The notes: generated by a model from the letters alone, not told the origin. A stretch of DNA of 64,000 nucleotides from the human T2T-CHM13v2.0 reference genome, Homo sapiens (GCA_009914755.4 CP068257.2:11936001-12000000), one strand, 5' to 3'; counted from the stretch's first letter, positions 28,605 to 43,771 are shown. Made by a program: numbers and translations.

Positions 28605-31112
28605 TAAGTGTTTACATGAAAAGGCTAGTTAATGCTAAATTGAGGTTTAAAATAATTATAACAATTGCATCTTACATATCAGGTGAGATGTCATAGTTTG
28701 GTTCAGGTAGTTTTAGATTGGCCGTGAGTTAGTCCCCTGCATCAGCCAGAAATCAGACAAAAAGCAAGACAAGTTAGAAGTACCAATGGGTGCAGGATTC
28801 TTTACCTCAGGACTTTTAAGACCTTTATCCTTAGAGATCCCAATATTGTTCATTTCATCCAAGTATAACACCTATGCATGGGATAAAAAAGAGTATCACA
28901 TCTTTGATTTTTCTGATTAGTTATTTGGGTCTTGAAATGTCCAGTTTAGCAGAAAGTCTTGTACTGTCTTCTGGGGACTATCTTCTACATACTCCTTGAA
29001 TTTTTCAAGAACCAAAGGGGTTCACTAAATCCAAGGAAGACAGTCCCTTTTATCAAGTCAGAAGGAGGAGAAAAAAAAGGACATTCCAATCATTCTGTTG
29101 TTTCCATTGTTTCTGTTGCTGCATTGTTGCCACTCAAACTGGTTCTGCTGCCTGGTAATTGTTGACCTTTGACACCAAGATGCCCTTACTGATTCAGATC
29201 CCTCAAGTCTTCATGGGGATTCATACAGTGACTTTGAAGTTACAACATTTTTTTTTAGTTCCCTTACCTATGCTTATATGCTCAGCCATTGTTCCCAAAG
29301 CACCAGCACCCTGCTCTGGCCGCTGGGCATCCTGACTTTATCCGCACACAAAGTGAGCAAATTGACCCTTCCTCCTGTATTCAGAACCTAATGTGGAACC
29401 CACATCTTAGCCAAGAATTAGCTGAGACCTTCATGGTAAGAGATCCTTTGAGGCCGTTGTTGGTCTTTTCTCTAGCAGATATTAGGTGGGCTTGTTCTAA
29501 AGGGTCAGAGGGGTTCAAATAATGTGGCAGAAAGAGATCAGTGTTTGTTTCTTCTTCTTTGCTACCAGATCTATACTGTGAGGCACCTTTATATCCTGTG
29601 TAGAACCTTAGGCAGTAGAAAGTCCCATATGAGCCTTCCCCAAGCAGTGGCTCCCAGCTGTGGTTGGCCCCTTGAGTGATCTGATTTACATGATAATGAA
29701 AATCGTCCAAGCTACTTCCATCTCTAGCTCAAGATTTTAAAATATTATCAAATTGTACCTCACAGGAAGCCATTGAAGAGAATTCTCAGAATCTCAAGTA
29801 GGTTAAGTAAGTAGTGATGAGTCACGGACAAGAGCCAAGCCTTGTCCATGACTCGTCACAAATCATGTGTAAAAGTAGGGCTTTGTGCCTGCTTTGGCGG
29901 CACATATCCTAAAATTGGAACAATACAGAGAAAGTTAGCATGGCTTCTGCATAAGGAGGCAGCACAACTCTTTGAGGCATTCCATATTTTGTGCAGTCAC
30001 TGGAAGATCATTTCACTATCTGCTGACTAGCTCTAAGGAAACAGTGTGAATCAAAGCAAAATGGGTGCCACCAAAATATCGAAATGTGATTTGTGCTGCA
30101 AAAATAGTCATGGAAGATGGTCTGTGAGATGATTTAGAGCTGAATAATGTGTTCGGTGCAAAATATATTAAGTATGTATGTCAAAAATTAGAGAATGTCA
30201 ATTTGCAGCTTCTTCATGAAAACTGAAAAAAAATAAAAGTAGAGTTTTGGTCTCCCATGTCAGCTGGAATTGAACATCAATATAAAGCATTATCCTAACA
30301 AACATCTGCTGGCTCAGAGTTTGAGTCTGTAGAGAAGGATCATTGCTCCAAGCCAGGTCTTAACATCCATTGGTTTTTCTGCCCTTAGCACAACAAATTG
30401 GTCAACTCCGTAATAGTGGACAATCACATTATCTACTTTAATGAGAGATTTATGAAAAAATTTAGTTACAAACTATGACACAGTTGAGATGCCCTGAATT
30501 ATAAGCCATAAGGAGTAGGACAACTAAGAAGCAAAATTAGGACTTAATAACATTTTCTGAAAACTACAGCATTTGCATATTAGAACCTGTGAACAAAATA
30601 CACATGGGGTTTTATTTGGGATTCCAAGATAATTTTAGTCATAAAGTTTAGGAACAGATTATTCCATTGCTTTACTATTTCTCTGAGCATTTAAAAAATG
30701 TTACCTTGTTAAATATTTGTAACAACCTAGTGAAATAAGGCAGCAAAGTCCTCACTTTGTAGAAGAAGACATTGAGCCTAAGAGAAGAAATTTGTCCAAG
30801 AACTAATAGCTGTTCATTATGGAGCTAGGACTTATGCAGAGTTGGGACACTTTCTATTATGTCATGCTAATGCATGCTGATTTACTGGGTCACAGTGTCC
30901 TTGATTTATGAGCATTTCACCTAATTTTTTTTCTTCTTTAATTAGAAGCTTAAAGAAAAGTTTGTAGAATGTACTCATAAGTGTATGGGATAATACTGTT
31001 AAATTCTGATATTATGAAATTGTTTGAAATACTCTAAGAATTTTACATTTGGTAAGTATTTTTTATATCAGTATTAAAATAGTAATTTGGTTTATTACAT
31101 TTTTATACATAG

Positions 31113-31183
31113 AATTTGTGAATTACTTTCTGACTATAAAGAAAAACAGATGCTAAAAATCTCTTCTGAAAACAGCAATCCAG
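31113..31183 (+). CDS. POTE: POTE coding exon 6: (V)[23 protein letters not shown](E)
   Basis: Acceptor tttatacatag|AAT, donor AATCCAG|gtaaga, 71 nt, in frame with exons 5 and 7. Confidence 0.88.
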
Positions 31184-31210
31184 GTAAGACTTGTGATAAT
31201 GAATTACTTT

Positions 31211-31742
31211 AGGTCAGTTGTCCACAATGTTTTGGGCAGCAGGGACCAGTTTTCTGGAAGACAGTCTTTCCATGGGCTGGGGGAAGGTGGGGATGGTTTC
31301 AGGATTATTCAGCCATGTTTCATTTATTGTGCTACTTTATATTATTATTACATTGTAATATATAATGAAATAATTATACAACTTACCATAATGTAGAATC
31401 CGTGGAAACTCTGAGCTTATTTTTCTGCAACTAGATGGTCTCATCTGGGGGCAAAGTGAGACAGTGACATATCATCAGGCATTAGATTCTCATATGAAGC
31501 ACACAACCTAGATCCCTCAGATGAGCAGTTCACAACAGGGTTCATGCTCCAATGAGTATCTAGTGCTATCACTGATCTGACTGGAGGCAGAGTTCAGGCG
31601 GTAATATGAGCCATGGGGTGTGGCTGTAAGTACAGGTGAAGCTTCCCTGGTTTGCCTGCTGCTCACCTCCTCCTGTGTGGTGTGGTTCATAATAGTCCAT
31701 GGAGTGGTACCAGTCTGTGACCTGGGAGTTGTGGGCCCCTGC
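31211..31742. mobile_element. HSMAR2-like mariner relic (approximate family call), with an AT-rich internal insertion
   Basis: Terminus …gggcagcagggaccagttttctggaagacagtctttccatgggctggggg. Internal atcatcaggcattagattctcatatgaagcacacaacctagatccctcagatgagcagttcacaacagggttcatgctcc. 3' end …gtggtaccagtctgtgacctgggagttgtgggcccctg. A second copy at 47181-47727 has the opposite orientation. Confidence 0.6.
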
Positions 31743-34700
31743 TCTAGGTGGTCCTACCGTAGATAAATAAATAAAAGTAAGGAATTTTTGATCACAAAAG
31801 AACGCCAAAGCACAAGTCATGTTACATATCCTTGTCCCAACAAGGTCTCACTCTTACTGACTTCATTCCTCCTCATTTGAAGTTGGAAAGAGATACATTT
31901 ACTTTGTTGGAACAAGATGTGTTCTTCTACCTGCTGGTCAATTGTCTTGATAACAGTAATTTTGTTAGAACAAGATGCTCTGCTACCATTTACCAAAAGA
32001 TTGTCATAATAAATATACAAATTGCCCAATTCTAGGCTCAGCAGATTATAATAAAAGTAGAAAAATGTTTCACATTAACAAAAATACTAGTATGCCACCT
32101 GGTTGTGGACACCTAATACATTGTATAACCCAAACTGTATTAGGACACCTTTAATTTAGCCATCTATTTATCAAAAAGCTTCTGTAAGTTAGGTTTTATA
32201 AGTTGCAGGAGACAAAGATGGAATAGATGTAGTTTTGATCTTTAAGGTGCTCATAGTAGAGCTGTCTCTATTTCATTTCTGTGCTTTTTCAACAGAATTT
32301 ACAAAGAAAACCTTTCTATGTTTTCACTTGTCCACTTAACAAATAACTATTAAATGTCTTTTAGATACTAATCATTTTTCTAATGTTACAGAACACACAC
32401 AATTAAAAATACAGACAGGAGCTTGTTATTATCATTGTCATTTTTATTATTTTACTACTTTATTCAGTGCTTACTGTGTGCTAGATGCCCACTGGAAGCT
32501 TATAATTATGATTTATTATATATTAATTATGTGCCAGACGTATGTGATGAGGAATGAAAGTTTTGAAAAAAAGTAGGTATGATTCAAGGTAAGCACGCAG
32601 AGTGAGAAGAATTTTTCTAGGTAAAGAAGCAGAAGAATAATGTTTGGCAGAAGGAACACGCAACAAGATTGTGTGTTTGCCAGAAGAACATCTAATGAGA
32701 TTGCCTGTTTGGCAGGAAGAGCAGCAAGTGCAAAACACAAGATGCTGAGTGAACTTTGCAGGGTTTCTGAGCAGTTCACTTTTGCTAGTACCAAAAGTGT
32801 GAGACACCAGAGGTTGGGAATAAGGTGAATACTTAGCTAAGGCAAGTTTATGATAGACTTTTTTAATACTATAGAAATGAGTAGGTCTTACCCTGTGGGC
32901 CATGGGAAATTTACCAGGTACAATGCTTTGGACTGTAAATACTAGATGAGCAGTGGCTAAAACAGTAGGAACCAGAGTTGTTTTGGTTGTTCAGTGATAT
33001 CCTAGGATCCCACTTGTCCCTCTTTCAGCTGTGCTGTTGGCAGTGTTTTATTCATGTCTCCTTTCATGGTTGGCTAATCCTCAGCAGCTCCAAACATCTT
33101 GTTCTCACAACACAACATTTCAAGGGCTGCTTTTCTTCACATGTGTCTTTTAAACAGGGAGAAAACTTAGAAGCATGCAAGGGGCTTCCTGTAACATTTC
33201 ACTGGCTGGGTCACACCACATGCTCATTCCCAAACCAGGCACTGGGAAGGCAAATACATGATTAGCTTAGAATAAACATTTCTCTTTCTGAGGCTGAGGA
33301 GGGGGATTGGGATAATAAATATCCCAATAGACTTGTGTTTCTTCTGCAAGAAAGAATAAGGAATGGCTATTGATAGGGAGCCAACAATGTGTGCTGCAGG
33401 GGCTCATTGGAGAAATTTGAGCAGGGGAGTTACAAGATTAAATTTGAGTATTAAGGCATATTCTGCTTATGGTGTAAAATGGGTTAGCAAGCTTTTTCTG
33501 TAAAGGACCAGGTGGGAAATATTTTAGATTATGTGGTCTCTGTCATATCTACTTAACCAGGCTGTTGTCTGTTGTTGTAGTGTGAAAGCCACCATGATTA
33601 TATGTAAGCAAACAGGCATGACTGAGCTCCTATAAAACTTTATTTACAAAGCCAAAAGGCAGATTGGATTTGGCCTGTGGCCTATAGTTTGCTGGGATTG
33701 ATGGAAGATAACCATGTAAAGAAACCAGGAGAAAAAGGAAGCTTTTGCAGTAGTCAGCTATAGTTTCCATGTCACACATCCTTGGACTAGTATCAATGTA
33801 TTCTAAGGTTTTCACCTGCCCATGGCAAAATAAAGTTTGGAATCTCAGTTACTCATTTTAATGTGTTGGCCTTTTTTTGGTGTTATGCTTTTTTCATTTG
33901 TTTTGCTTAATTTTTTTCATGTAAGAAATAACATTAATAGTTGGAAGGGTTGTTTGTAATAAAAGCCGTTTTGTAAATGTTTATGTTCTCAGTGGCAGTG
34001 GTAATATAAAGCAGAGGAAGAAGAGAGGTATAGTCAATATGATTTAGTGATAATTGAATGAGAAAGGTTTGGGGGACAGAGAGAAATGTCAGATAATTTA
34101 CAGGTTTCCACGTTGTACACTAGTATTTAACCTGGACATGAGGAAGGAGTAGGAAATTTTCTCCATGACCTGTGTGAGTCACAGCTTCCAGAAAAGAAAG
34201 AGAGCAAGGAGCATATTAAGGAACCACAGCAAAGTCAGTCCTAGAGTGCCCTGCTTGACTTCATGTCATAGTTCTGACTTCTAAAAAATCATTTTCTGCA
34301 AAATGTGCTTTGTGTTTTTCCCCTCTTGCAGCCTGCAGCCAAACAGAATCCCTTTAGCAGGGCATTTTTGTGTTCTTCCTTTAAACAAAGTAACATAAAA
34401 ATAACAAAAAAGAGTAAGAGAAAGAGTGTTTTTTGTATAGGCTAGCATTTAACTTAAACTTGAGAGCGAGTACTAGGATTATACTTAGAATTTATGGACT
34501 CGGTAGGAAGACTAGATAGAAATCTAAATATTGCTGACTCAAACACAGTGTGTTTTTTTTGCTTTATTGTCACAGCTCTGAATTCACAACTATTAGTTAT
34601 ATTCATATACACTATAACTTTATAAAGCACCTTCCCAAACAAATATTAAGTGATTTATTATAATTTCTATGACTTATTATAGAATTGACTTTCCAAGTGT

Positions 34701-35472
34701 TCATGAGAATTATTGAGAATTTGCTACATAGTATCATCTCAGCTGTGTCCACATGAGCTAGCTGTCACCTTGTCTTAATGAATAATGGCTCACTAGGAAT
34801 ATTGGTTTTGACATTAAAATGATCTACATCTAAATACAGATAGGACCAGGGACCACTCTTGAACGTTAATGTCTAAGCATCTTAAAAGTACACATAAGGC
34901 TTTCATAATCTGACTTCTGCCCTACTCTACATCTTTAGCCCTTTTCCCTGTGTGCCCTTTCTCTGGCATTACTGAGTGGCTCTTAATGCCCTACTCACTC
35001 CTCCTTCTATTGCAGGCAAATACTTTCACTCTTTCAGGCCTCGCTCCTGCTCTTGCTGCTGTGTGGCATGCTGTCACCCTTTCTTGCCCTCTACCACTTT
35101 TAATCTAGCTAGCCTCAATATTTAAGTCTCTGCTTGGGCAGGTGTTCTAGAAAAGCCATCCCTGACAGGCTTTATTTTCATTCTTTTTAAACCCTAACAC
35201 CTAGCATGTGTGTAGCAGGACTCAATAAGAAATTTCTGAGTAAAATAAAGACTGTTTTTACAAAGATGATGTGCAAGACTGTCCTCTGCAGTCTTGGAGT
35301 AGAGGGGACAGACCTGTGGAGGAATAATGTACAGTTCAGGTGGTAAAGGTGCAGTAGAAAAATCAGTGAGGTCCTAAGGCTACCTCAAGAAAGGAGTTAC
35401 CTGTTTATCTGGGGAAAGATCTGCAGAATCAAGGAAGACTTCCCATAGCATTGTTTTAAAAGATGAAAATAA

Positions 35473-35778
35473 GGCTGGGTGTGGTGGCTCACACCTGTAA
35501 TTGCAGCATTTTGGGAGGCTGGAGCAGGTGGATCACAAGGTCAAAAGATCAGGACCATCCTGGCCAATGGTGAAACCCCATCTCTACTAAAAATACAAAA
35601 ATTAGCTGGGCATGATGGTGTGTGCCTGTAATCCCAGCTTCTCAGGAGAATGAGACAGAAGAATCATTTGAACCAGGGAGTCAGAGGTTGCAGTGAGCTG
35701 AGATTGTGCCACCGCACTCCAGCCTGGTGACAGAGCAAGACCCTGGCTCAAACAAAAAAACAAAAAAAAAAAAGAAAA
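35473..35778 (+). mobile_element. Alu SINE
   Basis: ggctgggtgtggtggctcacacctgtaattgcagcattttgggaggctggagcaggtggatcacaaggtcaaaagatcaggaccatcctggccaatggtgaaaccccatctctactaaaaatac…ccctggctcaaacaaaaaaacaaaaaaaaaaaagaaaaa. Confidence 0.93.
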
Positions 35779-36689
35779 ATGAATATAAATTTGTCATAAT
35801 AGTGGATGGAAACATTTTAGACGTTAAGAAGACATTGTACACTAACAAAGGTGTCAGTAGTAATTTTGGAAATCATTTGTAAGGTACTATTGTTGCAGAA
35901 AACAGGAGGCAGGAGAGACCCAGTGGGTCAAACAAGAGGATTTTATTTAGGTGCACACCAGCTCAGCGGATTTGCATCAAAAACCTGAGCCCTGAACAAA
36001 GACAGGGCTTGGCTTATATAGGCAAACTTACAGAAGCAGAACAAAGGCAGTTAATCATATAGTGACAGTTTTGCAACCACTGCATAGCTTGTGACCTTGC
36101 AGCTGCATTGAAGGAAAACAAGAATTTGCAAAATATATGCATTTGTAAAAATAGCTATGAATAAATGCTGAGGGGGAGGGGAGATGGTAAAGGAATTTGT
36201 TTTCTTAACTTTTCTCTGGGATGTCTGGAGCCCATACCTGTGGGCTCTGGCTTCTCAGACAGGGTCACCACGACCTTTCCTGGGCCCTGCCTGATACTAT
36301 CCTTAGAGTCAGAGTAGCTAAGTGCAGGAAAACTTGTTTCTCTTTAAAACTAAATTTTCTTTTCTTTACATTTCCTGCTTCACCATTAGGAAGTGAACAA
36401 CATACTGAGTTACCTTATATGTTTCTACTGTATTTTAAAGTTGTGTTTCTGGTGGTTTTGTTCATTTATGTGGGGTGGATGAATTTGTGAGTGAATCACA
36501 TCAGGTGTCTCCCCAAGTGGTTTGTTGAAGTTTTGGAGAATTATTTCCTAAGTAACTATTTCATGAAAGACTAAACACTCAATTAATGAAATAAAATAAA
36601 ATGTTGTCTTCAATCTATTTTTATAAAGGCAATAGTTTTTAACTGTTCTAAGTGGTTCATCTTAACTGAATATATGGATTTCTCAACAG

Positions 36690-36760
36690 AACAAGACTTA
36701 AAGCTGACATCAGAGGAAGAGTCACAAAGGCTTAAAGTCAGTGAAAATAGCCAGCCAGAG
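36690..36760 (+). CDS. POTE: POTE coding exon 7: (E)[23 protein letters not shown], with a non-canonical GC donor (GAG|gcatgg)
   Basis: Acceptor tctcaacag|AAC. The exon must end at 36760 to join exon 8 in frame (…SQPE|KMSQEPE…). The next intron bases are gcatgg, so this is a GC-AG intron or a weakened site. Confidence 0.8.
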
Positions 36761-38163
36761 GCATGGAAAATTTTAAATTTAAATTTTTGATTTAATGTTG
36801 TTTTCTTTGCTTTAACAATATTAGATAGTCCAAATGAAATTACCTTTCAGACTAGGTTTTAAGAATCAATAGATTCTTTTTTTAAGAATTTTTTAATAAG
36901 ATTCTTAAAATTTATTTTAATAAATTCAGCAATCTCATTAACAGAAGAATCAATAAATTCTAATTTAACATTTGATATTTAGCTTAAAAACATAACCACT
37001 ATAAAATTTAAAATACCCTTATTTTACAGTATTCTTATTTAAAATATTCTTGTCTGCCTTTTTGATTAGCTTATAGCTAATCTTTCCTTTTGGAATAGAG
37101 GCAAAAACATATTCCAGACCTTTGTTTGTTCTTTTATTTTAACAACACCCTAACATGATAAAGTAACATCAATTATTGGATTATATTATTAAGCAAAAGA
37201 ACTATGAACAATGTAACACTGAAGGTCCCTGAGCTGGATTCATGGTTAAAGAATAATCACGGCCAGTGATTGAAAATCTGCAGTTTTATATTGTCAGTCA
37301 CTGATACCAAGGTTAAAGACATATTCTGCCTTGTGATCTCTCACTGACTTCAGCATTTCTGTTCAGGGAGGGAACCAGGTCATAAAAGCAACCCAACTGC
37401 CTATTACAAGAATCATATCTTGCAGAATGGGACATTTGGTGTTAGTGCACAAACACAATAACCTTTTCCTTATTTTAGTTGCAGAAAATCAGTACAGATT
37501 ATTAAAAAAAATTTATCCACTATAATTAGTACACCTTAGAATATATTAGAACTGGACTTAAGCAGATCATCTAGATACATAACACTATCATATTACAGCA
37601 TATAATTTCAATTAAAATGTAAGAATTTGCATTTCTTTCTGTTTGGTGTTGATTTCAGCTCCTAATAATTTAAAGCGTGCCTACAATCCAATTAGGAATC
37701 TTTTAAAAAAGCACTTCAGTGCACTATAGGGGCTCACTAGTTAGGGTTTCATGAGATATACTTTTTCAAGTGAGGAAGCCTTTGGAACACTACAAATCAT
37801 CTGCTAATTCATTTTTGGTAGATTTAACACATAACAAATTAAGTTTAGTCCAAACAAATGGTAACAAAGTTAAGTTTGCTGGTTCATGTTTTTATTCTCC
37901 CTTTGTCTGAGGTGAATTATTTTTCACATGTTAGTCAGAAGCCAATGATGTGGCAGTTGCTAAACATAGATTAAAAAATTAATTCTTAATTTTAATTATT
38001 TATTTATTTAATTATTTTAACAGTTAAATTTTATTTTATTTTCTAATTTTTCATGTCCATACTTGATTACTTAAGAATAAAATTATTTTAACATGCATTC
38101 CAAAAGAGGAGACATACACGGAAATACAACAAGCAAATTAACCTTCTATTTTTGCATCTGCAG

Positions 38164-38208
38164 AAAATGTCTCAAGAACCAGAAATAAATAAGGACTGTG
38201 ATAGAGAG
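38164..38208 (+). CDS. POTE: POTE coding exon 8: KMSQEPEINKDCDRE (45 nt)
   Basis: Acceptor tgcatctgcag|AAA, donor AGAGAG|gtatac, phase 0 to 0. Confidence 0.88.
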
Positions 38209-39248
38209 GTATACCTTTATGTTCAAATGTTTCTGTTGAATTAGATTTTTATGTTATGCTGTTTAACAAAGTGTAGTAAGTGTAGGCATACATGATCCTA
38301 TCATGTAAGTAGCATAAATCACCAGTGAAAAATTTAATATTTAACTCAGAAAGAATTCTGTACATTGAGTTTTCAAGAGATACAAACCCTAGAGAGATTC
38401 TTTCATTATTATGGAACAATCCTGAATGGTGCCATAAAATGCTAGGTAATGCCACTTTAGGAGCTTTGGACCAATCATTTTATCTTTCTTGGTTTTAGTC
38501 TGATTATCACTAGATAATGTGGCTAAAGAAGATAATTACTTATTCTTTGTAACTTCCAGCTGGAAAATTGTATAGCTATTGAATGTGAAATTTTGGGAGC
38601 ATCTAATTTTCTGGAATTCCACGCTTGCACTTCAGCAGTTTCACTCTGCTCCTTGTGTTGTGGCAAACTTTGGTTTTCATGTTTCAGTGAGCACCATCAT
38701 GTTTTTGATATCCAGGAACCAAACGAAAAAAGAACGATCAAAGGCAGTGGGGGAGGAGAATATCTTAGTGCAGAAAAGGGCCATCTTCCTTTCTATTCCT
38801 GAAGTCCCCCAGTGTCTCATCCTCTACATCTGAGTGTTTAATGTAAAATCTAGGTGGTAAAGATAGAAGACACATTTTGTGTCTATGTCGTTTTATTTTT
38901 GTGTTCCCACGAGTCAAATGGGGTAAATTCATATATAAGATTCTGAAGAGTTTTTGGGAATAAAGGCACAAAATGAAGGAGGGCCCTTTTTGAATTTTGG
39001 AAAATTCTGTTTTATTCAGTCAAACAGCAATCAAGCAAACTTTACAAAAATTTCAATGATATACTAATGACATGATAATTAAATCTTAAAATTATACGGT
39101 AATAGTTCTGTATATATGATCAAATTTAAGTGTGAGATTTTTAATGACTAAAATAATGGCAAACTGAATCAATTGATAAAATCAATTAAAAAGGTTATTT
39201 TTATTCAATAAAGTGATAACCATCCTTAATATCAAACTTCCACTCAAG

Positions 39249-39415
39249 GTTGAAGAAGAAATAAAGAAGCATGGAAGTAATCCTGTGGGATTACCAGAAA
39301 ACCTGACTAATGGTGCCAGTGCTGGCAATGGTGATGATGGATTAATTCCACAAAGGAGGAGCAGAAAACCTGAAAATCAGCAATTTCCTGACACTGAGAA
39401 TGAAGAGTATCACAG
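39249..39415 (+). CDS. POTE: POTE coding exon 9: [55 protein letters not shown](S)
   Basis: Acceptor cttccactcaag|GTT, donor TCACAG|gtaagc, 167 nt, phase 0 to 2. Confidence 0.9.
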
Positions 39416-39649
39416 GTAAGCCTATGGCAACATTTAATAGGAGATAACTATATGCTGTCAAACTAATCTTAATTTGGGCTAATATTCATGATGAACAAAT
39501 TTTATACTTTTACTAGAATATTCAGCCTTGCCTGTTAATCAGAAAAATGAAAATCAGTAAACAATGAGTTACCGTTTTTTCCAGTCATTAATTTATTTGA
39601 AAAATAACCAGCATTGGCAAATGTGAGGGAAAAGGCATTTTCTTTTCTT

Positions 39650-39998
39650 TTTAATGAACTTTTATTTTAGCTTCAGAAGTTCATGTGCAGGTTTATTATA
39701 TAGGTAAACTGTATCATGGAGGTTTGGACTACAGATTATTTCATCAGCCACATAATAAGCAAAATACTCGAGAGGTAGTTTTTTGGTCATCTCCCTCCTG
39801 CCACACTCCACCCTCAAGTAGACCCTGGTGTCTGTTATTCTCCTCTTTGTGTCCATGAGTTCTCATTGTTTAGTTCCCACTAATGAGTAAGAATATGTGG
39901 CATTTGATTTTCTGTTCCTGCATTAGTTTGCTTAGGATAATGGCCTCCAGCTCCATGTGTGTTGCTGCAAAGGAAATGGTCTCATTGAAAAAGACATT
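39650..39998 (-). mobile_element. L1 3' end, antisense (older subfamily)
   Basis: Reverse complement of the L1 3' UTR and ORF2 end: cttttattttagcttcagaagttcatgtgcaggtttattatataggtaaactgtatcatggaggttt…gtgtccatgagttctcattgtttagttcccactaatgagtaagaatatgtggcatttgattttctgttcctgcattagtttgcttaggataatggcctccagctccat. Confidence 0.85.
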
Positions 39999-40669
39999 TC
40001 ATACACTGTTGGTAAATACATTTTGAACATTAATTTAGTAGCATATTCACACACACATATATATAACATAGTAAGGATATATAGGTATGTTAAGGATATT
40101 TGTATAGATTTGTCACATATATACTTATGTGTAAGGACATTTCTTACAGCATTATTATATCAAAAAGATAGATCCTTATCAATAGGAATTTATCATCAAA
40201 AGTAAATCCTTACCAATAGGAAATACCCCGAAAATAATACAGTATGCAACCATTTTTTACAAATGAGGTTAGATCTAGAGTATACTGATTATTCACAATT
40301 AAAATATTTAAAGCATTTAGTTTGGTAACACATCTTAAGATAATTTTGTTAGAATTCTTGTAATATCTGCTGTGTTGCAAATGGAAGCTACACGCTACAT
40401 TGACACCGTACCTTGTTAGCAACAAGATTGCTAGTTATTAAATTTTTGTTGTCAGTGCCTGAGTGCCGAAATATTGGACCTTCAATCTGAATATTGCCAA
40501 GGGATTGTACATGGGGATCTATATTTAATATAAACATTTGAGTATATTGGGTAAAACTTTTATTAAAATATATCAAAGTATCTTTCATCTGCTAAACCAG
40601 GAGCTGGCCAGCTTTTTCTGCAAAGAGCCATTTAGTAAATATTTCAGGCTTTGTGAACTATATATATTT

Positions 40670-40825
40670 ATTTTTTTTGAGACAGGGTCTCTGTTGCCCA
40701 GGCTGGAGTGCAATTGTGTGATCACAGCTCACTGCAGCCTTGACTTTCTGGGCTCTAGTAATCCTCCCACCTCAGCCTTTCTACTGTCTGGGACCCCAAG
40801 TGTGCAACATCACACCCAACTAATT
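40670..40825 (-). mobile_element. Alu fragment, antisense
   Basis: tttttttgagacagggtctctgttgcccaggctggagtgcaattgtgtgatcacagctcactgcagccttgactttctgggctctagtaatcctcccacctcagcc. Confidence 0.85.
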
Positions 40826-41676
40826 GACTCTATGGACTGTAATGTGAATAAGCATGGCTGTGTTCCAAGATTCTTTACTTACAAAAACAGGCAGTGGGCT
40901 GGATTTGGCCCACAGGTGCTAATTTGCTGACCCGTGTGCTAAAAGGAAGGTGCTGCTAATGCAGTAACACTTATTTGTAAAAGTGCCCTGCATGTGTGAC
41001 ATTATCTTTCCTTTGAGAAAAGGATATATTTCAGTATTCACCTCACCATATTTTTCCACAGTGATGTCATATAATTTTTAAAATTTCATTTGTAAAATAA
41101 GATTATTTTCTGCATTTCTGCCACTTTATTCCTGTCAATAGAACTCAGTATTTCACTGTGATCAATTACTTTGTATATTTGATGAGTATCAACTGTCCTA
41201 GAATTGGCTGATTTTTATCAAGCAAGAAATACTCTCCTTGAAGCTTTTAGTTTTTCTTGGTCTTTATGTATAAGCATGAACAAAATAATAATCAGCTTCT
41301 GTAATCTAGAAATGGTCAAGGCAACTTTTAGTTCTATAGTTTTAAGAATTTAACACCTTGGTCTGGCATTTTTAATGCCAAATGTGTATAATTTTTATAA
41401 GCTTTAAAATATGTAATTGTTATATAAAATTTGAAAACTACACCTGTTATGTAAAATTTGAAACTATTTGTCTACTACTTTTCCATGACTGTGGAAGAAA
41501 ATTACAACATTCTCAGCCATGACTCCTAAGTATGATGTCCTTAAAAGAACTGTCTACACTCACGAACTCAAATTTTCTTTTCATTCACTCTTGATCTCAT
41601 GCCAGTAAGTCTTCAATTTCAGCAGTCCTCCAACGTTTTTCCTCAAAATTATCACTAATTTTTTTCTGTAATCTAG

Positions 41677-42210
<534 letters not shown>

Positions 42211-43771
42211 CCTCATGACTTTTTCTACTGTGTATATGCTAGTGATTTCCAAATGTATGTCTCCAGCTCAGATCTCTCTCCTTAATTCCAGATTTCTATA
42301 TCAGCCTGCCTACTTGTGACATCTCTATTTGGTTAGTTATTGGGTATCACACACTTGTCAGATCCAAAATTGGGCTACTGATGTCCTTCCTGAAATCTAC
42401 ACCTCATGCAGTCTTTCCTACTTTGGTTAAGGGCAACTCTTCCAGTTGCTCTGCCAAAAATCTCGGTGTCATTCTTGACTCATCTCTCTCTCTCTCTCTG
42501 ACACCTCACATCTAATCTCTCAGTAAATCTTGTCAGGTCTACCTGAAGAATATGTCCAGAAGCCAGTCATATCTCATACATCTGAGCCACCCTCATCTGC
42601 AGTCTAGATGAGTGCCATAGACTGGGAATTGATAGTCCTGGTTTTTAAAAACTTCCCTTTTCATCAATTCTTAACTCAGTGGATGTATTTAAAGCATAAG
42701 TCAAATTGTGTCATTCCTCTGCCCCAGCCCTTCTGATTATCTCCCATTTCACTCAGAGTACATGTCAAAGTTCCTCCTAATTATCTCCCTTGCTCTGCTT
42801 CAGCCACACTGAATTCTTGCCATCCCTTATCTACCCCTAGTGCTTAAAGATGCCAGGCACACCTCTGTGATTTGCAGTTCCCTGTGTCTGGAATGCTTTT
42901 TCCCCAGATATCCTCCTAGCTTTCTCTTTCCATTCCTTCAGTTCTTTATTTAAAACCCCCTTTCTAAGAAGAAGAGGAAAAAGGGTAAAAAGAAACACAT
43001 TAAGGAACAACCACTTTCTGAGGAAGAACGGTGTGCTACCCAGACGCGTCATGCTTAAGGTTCAATTGGGTGCCTACCAGGGATGCTCTCTAACGTAACG
43101 AAGGGAAGGTTCAGTGAAACAAAGTGATTTATCATCTCTAACTTCAAACCCATTTGTATCTTGACATCAACGCTGTTAACCTTATGTCATCATTTCTTAG
43201 AGACTTTGATATACAAATAAAAGGTTTTTGTATTAGAAAAAAAAAATCCCCTTTCTCAGCAGGGACTTTTCTGACCATCCCAACTTTCCCACCACCCTCC
43301 CCATCAAACACATAAACATTTCATTTTCCTGCTTTAGTTTTTCTCCTGTAACATCCTGTATATTTTGCCTTATCTGTCTGTTGTTATTGTGTGTTTTTCT
43401 CACTCTCATGAATAGGGTTTTTATTTTTCACTACCATATCCTCACTGCCTAGAAAAAGGCCTAGCATATTGGATGAAGCTACCTAACAAATACTTATTAA
43501 ATGAGTGAAGGGAGTTTATCCTGGATATATTGTTTGATTAATTCTCACTTTAAAAATGTTTGACGTGGTTCATTCTAACAGTTTTGCCCAGTAATTACAT
43601 GCATTTTTAAAATTGTTTTGGCTTTTTATAATAAGCTACATTCTTTATATTAATTTTTTTATTTAGAGAGAAAAGCCCAATATTGTGGTTATTCACTATT
43701 TATTCTTTTACTAGTAATCATAATTGTAATTATGGCAAACTGAGTCAGAGGAATTGCAAAGTTTACTGGTA

